A stretch of 64,000 bases of DNA from Vicinamibacteria bacterium (GTDB lineage Bacteria; Acidobacteriota; Vicinamibacteria; Marinacidobacterales; Marinacidobacteraceae). The position numbers and the translations under genes were made by a program. Below the pieces are notes generated by a model. The model was not told where the DNA came from. It saw nothing but the letters and a program-made list of their open reading frames with translations, and searched no databases. Positions 1 through 8,174 of this stretch are shown here, in pieces. The DNA lies in the NCBI GenBank assembly GCA_965199715.1, contig CBDATA010000001.1, positions 128,001-192,000 on the forward strand, given 5' to 3'. Position 1 is the first letter of the stretch. Every line of letters starts with the position of its first letter.

Positions 1-579
1 CAGGAGCGCCACGAGCTGCTTCGGGTCGCCGGCGAACGACCGCGCCACGTAGGACGCGCCGAGCTCGACCGCCATGCCGCACAGGTCCACGTTCGGGAAG
101 GGGTTCACGACGCCCGAGCGCAGCACGGCGTCCTCGTCGGCGGTGGCCGAGAACTGGCCCTTGGTGAGCCCGTACACGCCGTTGTTCTCGACGATGTACA
201 CGAGCGGCAGGTTGCGCCGGACCAGATGCACGAACTGGCCGATCCCGATCGAGGCGGTGTCGCCGTCACCGGAGACCCCGATCGCGATCAGCCTGCGGTT
301 GGCGAGCACGGTGCCGGTGGCGACGGAGGGCATCCGCCCGTGCACCGAGTTGAAGCCGTGGCTCTGGTTCAGGAAATACGCGGGCGTCTTCGAGGAGCAC
401 CCGATCCCCGAGAGCTTGACCACCTGATGCGGCTGGACGTCCGATTCGTAGAACGCCCGGATGAGCTGGCTCGAGATCGCGTCGTGTCCGCAACCCTTGC
501 AAAGCGTCGAGGGCTTGCCCCGATAGTCGCCGAGCCCGAGTCCGACCCGGTTCGTTCGGGGGCGTTTTGCAGTCGCCAT
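1..579 (-). CDS. korB: 2-oxoacid:ferredoxin oxidoreductase beta subunit (runs off window start)
   Basis: Not in ORF track. Manual translation from ATG at 579 (SD GGAGG) gives MATAKRPRTNRVGLGLGDYRGKPSTLCKGCGHDAIS...SGIGCSS...HGR...GDGD (TPP-binding motif). Follows the alpha subunit. Confidence 0.92.
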   Translation of the reverse strand, partial: MATAKRPRTNRVGLGLGDYRGKPSTLCKGCGHDAISSQLIRAFYESDVQPHQVVKLSGIGCSSKTPAYFLNQSHGFNSVHGRMPSVATGTVLANRRLIAIGVSGDGDTASIGIGQFVHLVRRNLPLVYIVENNGVYGLTKGQFSATADEDAVLRSGVVNPFPNVDLCGMAVELGASYVARSFAGDPKQLVALL

Positions 580-598
580 GACGTCCTCCGGTCGCGCC

Positions 599-2446
599 TC
601 AGGCGGGCACCGTTCCCTGCACGTGCTCCACGATGGTCTGCGCGTCCAGCGGCAACCCGCTGTAGTGCAGCAGGCTGCGGAGCACGCCCTCCGGAAGCCG
701 GTCGCCGTACTCGCCGCGCAGCAACTGGAGCAACTGCGCGTCGCGGTTCTGCTCGACCACGAACACGCGCCGCCGCTCGACGATGAAGTCCAGAAGCGAC
801 GGCGTGAACGGAAGGGCGCGCAGGCGCAGGTAGTCGCACTCGATGCCGTGCCGCTCCCGGAGGATCACCCGGGCTTCCTCGATCGCGGGATCGGAGCTGC
901 CGAAGCCGATCAGGCCGACGGGCGAAGGCGGATCCACGGCCGAGAGCGCCGGCTGCGGAATCAGGTTCCGGGCGGTCTCGAATTTCCGGGCGAGGCGGGC
1001 CATGTTCCGGACATAGACCTCCTCGCTCTCGGTGTACTCGGCGCTCTCGTCGTGACCGCTGCCCCGGGTGAAGTAGGCGGCGAGCGGATGGTCCTCGCCC
1101 GGAAGCGTCCGATAGGGGATCCCGTCGCCGTCCACGTCCCGATACCGCTGGAAGGAGCCGAGACGTATCAGGTCGTCCCGCCGCAGCACCTTGCCCCGGT
1201 CGAACGGCTTGTCCGGGTAGTCCACGGTGGGAGTGCTCCAGATGTTCATGCCGAGGTCGAGGTCGGAAAGCACGAACACCGGCGTCTGGAGACGCTCGGC
1301 GAGGTCGAACGCCGCGCCGGCGAACTCGAAGCACTCGCTCGTGGAGCCGGGAAGCAGGCACACGTGCCGCGTGTCCCCGTGGGAGAGGAAGTACGTCGCG
1401 AGCAGATCGCCCTGGGCGGTCCGGGTGGGCAAGCCGGTCGAGGGGCCCACGCGCTGGATGTTCCAGATCACCACGGGGATCTCGGCGTAGTAGCCGAGCC
1501 CCACGAACTCGGACATGAGCGAGATGCCGGGGCCCGAGGTCGCGGTGAGCGCGCGGGCGCCGGCCCATCCGGCGGCGAGCGCCATGCCGACCGCGGCCAG
1601 CTCGTCCTCGGCCTGCACGACCGCGTAGGTCGCCTTCCCGTCGTCGGTCTTCCGGTACTTCTTGAGGAGCGATTCCAGGTTCTCCACGACGCTCGACGAC
1701 GGCGTGATGGGGTACCAGGTCGCCACGCTCACGCCGGCGAACATGGAGCCGATCGCGCTGGCCGCGTTGCCGTCGATCAGGATCTTCCCGCGGTTCCGAT
1801 CCATCGGACGCACGACGTACGGATCCCGCTTGACGATGTTCTCCCGCGCGTACTCGTAGCCGACCTCCACCGAGTCCTGGTTCAGGCGCATCGCCGTCCG
1901 CTTGCCCTTGAACTGCTTGGCGATCGCCGCGTTCACCTTCACCCGGTCGATGTCGAGGAGGAAGGCGAGCACGCCGACGTAGGTCATGTTCGCGAGGAGC
2001 TTCCGCAGCCGAACCTCGCGGGAGACCTCGCCGGCCAGCTCCTGGAGCGGCGTCGGGTAGAAGATCAGGTCGTCGCGGAGGTGATCCAGCGGCAACGCGG
2101 TGTCGTGGACGACCGCCTTGCCGGGGCTCAGGTCGAGCACGTCCTGCCTCGCGGTCGCCGGGTTCAGCGCCACCGTGACGTCCACGTCGCGCTTGCGGGC
2201 CACCCAGCCGTCCTTGTTCACCCGAATCGTGAACCACGTGGGGAGCCCGGCGATGTTCGACGGGAACAGGTTCTTCGCGCCCACCGGAATTCCCATCAGG
2301 AACAGGGAGCGAAGCAGGACCAGGTTGGACGACTGGCTTCCGGAGCCGTTGATCGTGCCGACCCGGATCGCGAGGTCGTTGACGATCCGATGGTCGCCGG
2401 CTTCTTCTGCGGACGCCGTCGGGGCGAGGGCCGTTGCGGTGGACAT
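599..2446 (-). CDS. korA: 2-oxoacid:acceptor oxidoreductase alpha subunit
   Basis: 615 aa; NGSGSQS, WYPITPSS, QAEDELAA, ATSGPGISLM and QRVGPSTGLPT motifs. Confidence 0.93.
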   Translation of the reverse strand: MSTATALAPTASAEEAGDHRIVNDLAIRVGTINGSGSQSSNLVLLRSLFLMGIPVGAKNLFPSNIAGLPTWFTIRVNKDGWVARKRDVDVTVALNPATARQDVLDLSPGKAVVHDTALPLDHLRDDLIFYPTPLQELAGEVSREVRLRKLLANMTYVGVLAFLLDIDRVKVNAAIAKQFKGKRTAMRLNQDSVEVGYEYARENIVKRDPYVVRPMDRNRGKILIDGNAASAIGSMFAGVSVATWYPITPSSSVVENLESLLKKYRKTDDGKATYAVVQAEDELAAVGMALAAGWAGARALTATSGPGISLMSEFVGLGYYAEIPVVIWNIQRVGPSTGLPTRTAQGDLLATYFLSHGDTRHVCLLPGSTSECFEFAGAAFDLAERLQTPVFVLSDLDLGMNIWSTPTVDYPDKPFDRGKVLRRDDLIRLGSFQRYRDVDGDGIPYRTLPGEDHPLAAYFTRGSGHDESAEYTESEEVYVRNMARLARKFETARNLIPQPALSAVDPPSPVGLIGFGSSDPAIEEARVILRERHGIECDYLRLRALPFTPSLLDFIVERRRVFVVEQNRDAQLLQLLRGEYGDRLPEGVLRSLLHYSGLPLDAQTIVEHVQGTVPA

Positions 2447-2516
2447 CGGGCGGCTCTGGGGGAAAGAACTGAGGACGTGGACGAACGACCGGACTCCCGC
2501 GGTCTCGACGAATCGG

Positions 2517-2546
2517 AGTCTATCCCAACGATGCTTGGCCTAGACT
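2517..2546. promoter_or_regulatory. Symmetric divergent promoter / palindromic operator between korA and ku
   Basis: AGTCTA-N18-TAGACT gives a TAGACT -10-like hexamer on each strand; internal CCAA..TTGG symmetry. Confidence 0.45.
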
Positions 2547-2578
2547 GCGGGAAGCGCGGCGGCTGCGCCGGATTCTCC

Positions 2579-3394
2579 ATGCGACCCACCTGGCAAGGCA
2601 ACCTCAAGCTGGCGCTGGTGCTCGTGCCGGTCAAGGCGTACCCGGCCGCCCGCGAGAAGCGGGTCTCGATGAACCAGCTCCACGAGGAGTGCAAGTCGCG
2701 GATCCGCACCCAGCGCCATTGCCCGAACTGCGACCGGCGGGTCGAGCGGGACGAGATCGTGAGCGGCTACGAGTACGCGAAGGACCAGTACGTGCTCATG
2801 AGCGGCGAGGATCTGAACGCCCTGCGCCTCCCGTCGCAGCGGACGCTCGACGTCGTCCAGTTCGTCGAGAGCGGCGAGATCAACCCGCTGCTGTACCACG
2901 GCTCGTACTACCTCGCGCCGGCGAACCCGGTCGCGGGCGGCCCGTTCCACACGATCCTCGACGCGATGCGGACCACCGGAAGGGTCGCGATTGCCCAGGT
3001 CGTGCTCGGCGGCAAGGAGCGCGTGGTCGCCATCCGCCCCGACGACGGCGTCTTCCTCATGTCCTACCTCCACTACGCCGACGAGGTGCGCCCGGTGAGC
3101 GACATCGAGGATCTGGCCCCCAGGACGGAACCCGGGGCCGCCGAGAAGCTGATGGCGCAACAGCTTCTCGAGTCCTACGCCCAGAAGTTCGACGCGGCCG
3201 CGTTCGAGGACAAGCACCGCGTCCGCTTCCTCGAGATCGTGGACGCGAAGATGCGCGGAAAGGAAGTGGTCACCCCGCCGAGCGTCGAACCCCGTCGGGT
3301 CGTGAACCTCATGGACGCGCTGAAGGCGAGCCTCGCCCGAATCGAACACGAGGCCGAGGCGGACAGCGACCCCGGCCTGACCCGCACCGGCTGA
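2579..3394 (+). CDS. ku: Ku protein (non-homologous end joining)
   Basis: 3' part of ORF 578..3394: MRPTWQGNLKLALVLVPVKAYPA...NQLHEECKSRIRTQRHCPNC...VSGYEYAKDQYV...VVNLMDALKASL. Confidence 0.95.
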   Translation: MRPTWQGNLKLALVLVPVKAYPAAREKRVSMNQLHEECKSRIRTQRHCPNCDRRVERDEIVSGYEYAKDQYVLMSGEDLNALRLPSQRTLDVVQFVESGEINPLLYHGSYYLAPANPVAGGPFHTILDAMRTTGRVAIAQVVLGGKERVVAIRPDDGVFLMSYLHYADEVRPVSDIEDLAPRTEPGAAEKLMAQQLLESYAQKFDAAAFEDKHRVRFLEIVDAKMRGKEVVTPPSVEPRRVVNLMDALKASLARIEHEAEADSDPGLTRTG

Positions 3395-3396
3395 CG

Positions 3397-4347
3397 ATGG
3401 GCGCCGGCCTTCCGGCCCGGTGGCTTTCGGACGGCGTCGCTCCCATGCTCGCCGGCTCGGGAACCCCCTTCGACTCGGACGCGCACGCCTTCGACGCCAA
3501 GTGGGACGGGCTGCGGTCGATCGCGTTCTTCGGCCCCGAGATCCGGCTTCAGGCCCGCAGCCTCAGAAACCAGACCCCGCAGTTCCCCGAACTCGCCGAC
3601 GCGCTGCGGAGCGTCCCCGGCGCAGGCGCGCTCGACGGGGAGATCGTCGTGCTGGACGGCGAGCGGCCCAGCTTCCCGCTCGTCATGGAGCGCAACCGCC
3701 TGCGCTCCGGCGACGCGATCCGGCGCGGCGCGCGGCGGGCGCCGGCGTGGTTCGCCGCGTTCGACCTGCTCTGGCTCGACGGCGAGCGGCTGACCGGCCG
3801 CTCCTTCGACGAGCGCCGCGCCCGGCTGGAGTCGCTCCTCGGCGCCGGGGACCGGATCTTCGCGAACCCGATCCTCCGAGGCGCGGGCGTTCGCTTCTTC
3901 GAGGCGATGCGCGAGCGCGGCATGGAGGGGATGGTCGCCAAGCGCCGGTCCAGCCCGTACCGCATCGGCGAGCGCAGCGACGACTGGCTGAAGATCAAGG
4001 TGCGCCCCCGGCGCTCGTGCGCCGTGTTCGGACTCCTGCTCCGCGGCGAGAACGGCCCGGTGCGCTCGCTGGTGGTCGGAGCGTGGGGGCCCGACGGGCC
4101 GGTCTGGCTCGGAAACGTGGGGAGCGGGCTCGACGACGCGACGCGCCGGGCGCTCGCCGAGCGGTCGCGGGCGCTCGAGGCCCCGGCTCCGCCCGGCTTC
4201 GAGGCGACCGGCGACGGCGTCATCCGCTGGCTGCGCCCGGTTCTGGTCGCGGTCGTGGAGTATCTCGAAGTCACGCCGAACGGCCATCTGCGGCACCCGT
4301 CGCTCATCGGTTTCGAGGACCGGGCCCCCCGCTCCTGCCGCGTCTGA
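3397..4347 (+). CDS. ligD: ATP-dependent DNA ligase, LigD-type ligase domain only
   Basis: PMLA, KWDGLR (adenylation Lys), LDGEIV, FDLL, EGMVAKR..SPY, WLKIK, VGSG and LRHPS motifs; directly after ku. Confidence 0.88.
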   Translation: MGAGLPARWLSDGVAPMLAGSGTPFDSDAHAFDAKWDGLRSIAFFGPEIRLQARSLRNQTPQFPELADALRSVPGAGALDGEIVVLDGERPSFPLVMERNRLRSGDAIRRGARRAPAWFAAFDLLWLDGERLTGRSFDERRARLESLLGAGDRIFANPILRGAGVRFFEAMRERGMEGMVAKRRSSPYRIGERSDDWLKIKVRPRRSCAVFGLLLRGENGPVRSLVVGAWGPDGPVWLGNVGSGLDDATRRALAERSRALEAPAPPGFEATGDGVIRWLRPVLVAVVEYLEVTPNGHLRHPSLIGFEDRAPRSCRV

Positions 4348-4354
4348 GCGGGCC

Positions 4355-4360
4355 TATACT
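4355..4360 (+). promoter_or_regulatory. -10 element of a probable leaderless transcript
   Basis: TATACT lies 6 nt before ATG 4367; no SD. Confidence 0.5.
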
Positions 4361-4366
4361 GGCCGC

Positions 4367-4834
4367 ATGCGCATCCGGATCCCGCTGTTCGCCGCCGTCC
4401 TCCTCCTCGTCGCGGCCGCCGGATCCGCGCAGCCGTTCTTCCAGGTCGGCTCGGCCAGCGCCAGCGGCGCGGCCGGTTCGGACTGGATCGCCGGAGGCGG
4501 ATGGGAGGCGCACGCCCCGGTGATTCCGGTCTCGGCCGGCGTTCTCGTCCAGACGACGATCGGCTCGGAGGAGACGAGCGACGTCTGGCCCGCCCGCGCT
4601 TACGGGTTCGTCCGCGCCGGCTTCCTCCCCACGCCGCTGGTGCGCGCCTACGCCGGAGTGGGCGCGGGATACGCCTTGGTGGTCTCGGGGCGCGATCTGC
4701 GGGAGTCGTCTCCCGCGGGACTCGCGCTCGCCGGATTCTCCGTGGGCCGCGTCAGCCTCGAGGTCCAGTACCAGCGGGACTTTCTGGAGGAGCCGGTGAA
4801 CCGCTGGGTCACGACGGTCGGAGTGTCGTTCTGA
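4367..4834 (+). CDS. Secreted hypothetical protein, possible small outer-membrane beta-barrel
   Basis: Signal peptide (AAAGSA-Q), alternating amphipathic strands, C-terminal ...VGVSF (terminal Phe). Confidence 0.6.
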   Translation: MRIRIPLFAAVLLLVAAAGSAQPFFQVGSASASGAAGSDWIAGGGWEAHAPVIPVSAGVLVQTTIGSEETSDVWPARAYGFVRAGFLPTPLVRAYAGVGAGYALVVSGRDLRESSPAGLALAGFSVGRVSLEVQYQRDFLEEPVNRWVTTVGVSF

Positions 4835-5838
4835 TTCCCGAGTCCTGCTGGTCCGCCCCGACCCGGGTGGACCTGGCCGGCGGGACGCTCGACATCTGGC
4901 CGGTCCATCTGCTGCTGCCGCGCGCGCTCACGGTCAACGTGGCGATCGACCTGCGGGCGCGGGTCCGGGTGCGGCCGGCCCCCGCGTGGCGGGTCGTGAG
5001 CGACGGCCGGGTGGATGTCCAGAGCGACGCGCTCGAGTCGCTGTTCGACCACCCGCTCGCGGTCCTCGCGGCCCGGCTGCTCGAGCGTTTCGACCCCGGG
5101 GAGCCCTGCGAGGTGCGTTTCACGACGGCGGCCCCAGCGGGATCCGGCCTCGGCGGCTCGTCCGCGCTCGGGATCGCGATCGCGGGCGCGCTCGACGAGA
5201 TCACCGGCGGCGAGCGGCCGATCGCCGATCTCGTGAAGATCGTCGTGGACGCCGAGGTCCGCATCCTGCGGACCGCGACCGGCGCCCAGGACCAGTTCGC
5301 CGCCGCGCTCGGGGGCGCCCACGCGCTGCACTGGGAGAGTCCGTGGACGCGCCCCGAGCCCATGCCGTGGGGCGAGGACGGCGGGGATCCGATGGCCGAG
5401 CGGTTCGTCCTGGTGTTCACGGGCGAGGCGCACTCGTCGGGGGACTCGAACGCGCGGGTGTTCCGGCGGATCCTCGCCCGGAAGAAGGGCGCGATCGCGG
5501 GGATCCACAAGATCGCGGCGGCGGCGCTGCGGATGCGCGAGGCCCTCGTCGCGCGGAACTGGGACGAGGCGGCGGCGGCGCTCGACGAGGAGTGGGCCGG
5601 GCGGAAGGCGCTCGCCAAGCGCGTCACGAACCGCACGCTCGACGCGCTGGAGGCGGTGCTCCGGGACGCCGGCGCGCGGGCGGTCAAGGCGTGCGGCGCC
5701 GGCGCCGGGGGCACGATGGTCGCCCTCGTGGATCCCGAGCGGCGGGCGGCGGTCGCCGAGGCCGCCCGGGCGCGCGGCGGGCAGGTGCTGGACGTCCGCA
5801 GCGCGCCCGAGGGCCTGCGCCGGGAGCCGGGCCGGTGA
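4831..5838 (+). CDS. GHMP-family sugar kinase (HddA/heptose-phosphate kinase-like)
   Basis: APTRVDLAGGTLD, PAGSGLGGSS, TGAQDQF and KACGAGAGG motifs. Start uncertain (CTG 4831). Confidence 0.85.
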   Translation: MIPESCWSAPTRVDLAGGTLDIWPVHLLLPRALTVNVAIDLRARVRVRPAPAWRVVSDGRVDVQSDALESLFDHPLAVLAARLLERFDPGEPCEVRFTTAAPAGSGLGGSSALGIAIAGALDEITGGERPIADLVKIVVDAEVRILRTATGAQDQFAAALGGAHALHWESPWTRPEPMPWGEDGGDPMAERFVLVFTGEAHSSGDSNARVFRRILARKKGAIAGIHKIAAAALRMREALVARNWDEAAAALDEEWAGRKALAKRVTNRTLDALEAVLRDAGARAVKACGAGAGGTMVALVDPERRAAVAEAARARGGQVLDVRSAPEGLRREPGR

Positions 5839-6146
5839 CCGGCGAACGCCGCGCCTGCGGACTCGACGAACTGAAGGAGGCCGGAGCGCTGGCGGTGGAT
5901 GTCGGCGGATCGCGGGTCGCGCTCTTCCACGTGGACGGAGCGGTCCGCGCGATCGGCGAGACCTGCCCCCACCGGGGCGGACCGCTGCACCTCGGCGCGG
6001 TCGAGGAGGGAATTGTCCGCTGCCCGTGGCACCTGTGGCAGTTCGAGTTGACCACCGGCGAGTCGCCGGTGAACCCGGCTTCCCGCGTCCCGGTCTTCTC
6101 CGTCTCGGTGCGGGACGGAGCGGTGTTCGTGCAGGTTCCGGACTGA
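5835..6146 (+). CDS. Rieske [2Fe-2S] ferredoxin (NirD-like)
   Basis: CPHRGGPL...CPWH; GTG overlaps the upstream TGA. Confidence 0.9.
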   Translation: MTGERRACGLDELKEAGALAVDVGGSRVALFHVDGAVRAIGETCPHRGGPLHLGAVEEGIVRCPWHLWQFELTTGESPVNPASRVPVFSVSVRDGAVFVQVPD

Positions 6147-6153
6147 GCGCCGG

Positions 6154-6990
6154 TCAGCCAGCGGCCCGGCGCAAGTCCTCGTAGAGGTTCCAGGGAAGGT
6201 CCGAACCCATCTTCCCGCGCTTCTTCGGCGTGTGGAAGTCGGAGCCGCCGCTCACGCAGAGCCCCAGCGCGTCCGCGATGTCGAGGTAGCGGCGGCGCTC
6301 CTCGGGCGAATGGTCGGTGTGGAACACCTCGATCGCCCGGACGTCGGCCTCCTCGATCATCGGAATCACGGTGTCCTGCTCGAGGTACTTGGGATGGGCG
6401 AGCGAGCTGACCCCCCCGGCGGCGTGGATCGAGCGGGCCGCGTCGGCGACGGTGATCTTCTTGCCGTAGCTCACGTGCCCCGGCTTGCCGTGGCCGAGGT
6501 ACAACCGGAACGCATCGTCCCGGTGGCCGACCACGCCCTTCTCCACGAGCACGTCGGCGATGTGCGGACGGCCGAGGGAGGCCCCGCCGGAGCGCGCCGA
6601 CACTTCCTCGAAGGTGAGATCGAGTCCCAGCTCGCGGAGCCGGTCGCAGCTCTCCCGGATGCGCAGCCGGCGCTCGGCCGACATGTTGCTGAACATTTCG
6701 GTGAGCGGACCGTCGTCGGGATCGACGAACAGGCCCAGCAGGTGCACCGACTGGCCCTGCCCGCGACACGAGATCTCGACGCCGGGGACGAGATCCAGCC
6801 CGTGTTCGGCGGCGGCCTCGCGAGCTTCGGGAATGCCGGTCAGGGTGTCGTGGTCGGTGAGCGCGAGGATGTCCACGCCCGTCCGGGCGGCGCGGGCCAC
6901 GAGTTCGGCCGGACTGAGGACACCGTCGGACTCGGTCGAATGGGAGTGAAGGTCAACGACCGGGGAGGCGCCTTCGGAATGGTCGGTCAT
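6154..6990 (-). CDS. PHP-domain metal-dependent phosphoesterase (TrpH/YciV family)
   Basis: DLHSHS..SDG, LTDHD, GRPHIA, LAHP and GGSDFH motifs. Confidence 0.92.
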   Translation of the reverse strand: MTDHSEGASPVVDLHSHSTESDGVLSPAELVARAARTGVDILALTDHDTLTGIPEAREAAAEHGLDLVPGVEISCRGQGQSVHLLGLFVDPDDGPLTEMFSNMSAERRLRIRESCDRLRELGLDLTFEEVSARSGGASLGRPHIADVLVEKGVVGHRDDAFRLYLGHGKPGHVSYGKKITVADAARSIHAAGGVSSLAHPKYLEQDTVIPMIEEADVRAIEVFHTDHSPEERRRYLDIADALGLCVSGGSDFHTPKKRGKMGSDLPWNLYEDLRRAAG

Positions 6991-7085
6991 GCGTGCTCTC
7001 AGCTATCAATGGGGACGCTCGAGCGTCCGGATCGGCTAGTCTTCAACTTGCGAACCGCCAGCATTCTGCCACGGGAGACGTCACC

Positions 7086-7409
7086 ATGCTGCACCTCACC
7101 GACCTCGCCGTGACCAAGGTGTCCGAGTTTCTGGTCAAGCACGAGCGCCCCGATGCGCTGCTCCGGGTCCGGGTCGTGGGCGGCGGCTGCTCGGGCTTCC
7201 AGTACCAGTTGGCGCTGGACGAGGAATCGCGCGACGGGGACCAGATCTTCGAGCAGAACGGGGTGAAGATGCTGGTGGACGAGAAGAGCCTGCCCTTCCT
7301 GAATGGAACCGAGATCGACTACGTGGAGGACATCATGGGCGCCGGGTTCCGCTTCAACAACCCCAACGCGGTCTCGAACTGCGGCTGCGGAGAGTCCTTC
7401 CAGGTCTAG
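7086..7409 (+). CDS. erpA: A-type Fe-S cluster carrier (HesB/IscA/ErpA family)
   Basis: GGGCSGFQY and NPNAVSNCGCGESF; SD GGAG before ATG 7086. Confidence 0.9.
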   Translation: MLHLTDLAVTKVSEFLVKHERPDALLRVRVVGGGCSGFQYQLALDEESRDGDQIFEQNGVKMLVDEKSLPFLNGTEIDYVEDIMGAGFRFNNPNAVSNCGCGESFQV

Positions 7410-7427
7410 AGCCGCCCGGCGCCGGTC

Positions 7428-8174
7428 TTGATCAGCACCGTCGCCGCCCTTCTGCTCGCCCGCCTCGGGGCCGGAGCGCTGCTCGCCGCGGGCCTCATGC
7501 ACCGCTTCCACGCGGTTCCGGAGGCCTTCCTGCGGTTCACGCTGAAGGGCGCTGCGGGACTGCTGGCGCTTTCGGCGCTGGTCGGCTGGGGACGGCCGGA
7601 CGCGCTCGTCCAGGCGGCGCTCGCGATCGCCGCGCTGCTGCTCCTCCGCGCCGCCACGTCCCCTCGGCTCGGCCCGCTCATGGCCGCGCTCGGCGCCGCC
7701 GGGGCGTTGCTCGCGTCGGCGCTCGGCGGCTCGGGAGCGATCGCCGCCGCCGGCGCCATGAGCGGAGTCTTCCTGCTGGGGGCCGTATCGGCGACCATGC
7801 TTCTCGGGCACTGGTACCTCGTGGACACGTCGCTCTCGATCCGTCCGCTCGCGATCGGCGGACGGCTCGTGGAGCTCGCGGCGTGGGCGAGGGTCGGCGT
7901 CGCCGCGCTCGCGCTCCTGACGGGCGGGTACGCGGCGCTGCGGATCGCGTCGCCCGAGGATCTCATCTACTCCACGAGCGCGCTCTTCTTCTCATTCCGG
8001 GCGGTCACCGGCCTCGCCGCCCCGATCGCGCTCGCCTTCCTCATCCGCCGCACGATCCGGATCCGGTCCACCCAGTCGGCGACCGGCCTCCTCTACGTCG
8101 CCCTGATTCTCGTGCTCTTCGGCGAACTCACCGCGGTCTTTCTCGAGACCGTGACTGGAGGAGCGCTTGTCTGA
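7428..8174 (+). CDS. Polytopic membrane protein of unknown function (MLLGHWYL motif)
   Basis: About 7-8 hydrophobic segments; ATMLLGHWYLV and TQSATGLLY motifs; TTG start. Confidence 0.75.
   Translation: MISTVAALLLARLGAGALLAAGLMHRFHAVPEAFLRFTLKGAAGLLALSALVGWGRPDALVQAALAIAALLLLRAATSPRLGPLMAALGAAGALLASALGGSGAIAAAGAMSGVFLLGAVSATMLLGHWYLVDTSLSIRPLAIGGRLVELAAWARVGVAALALLTGGYAALRIASPEDLIYSTSALFFSFRAVTGLAAPIALAFLIRRTIRIRSTQSATGLLYVALILVLFGELTAVFLETVTGGALV

Noticed and set aside
578-3394. Apparent 938-aa Ku fusion
   Set aside because: The N-terminal two-thirds is antisense to korA; the real Ku starts at 2579.
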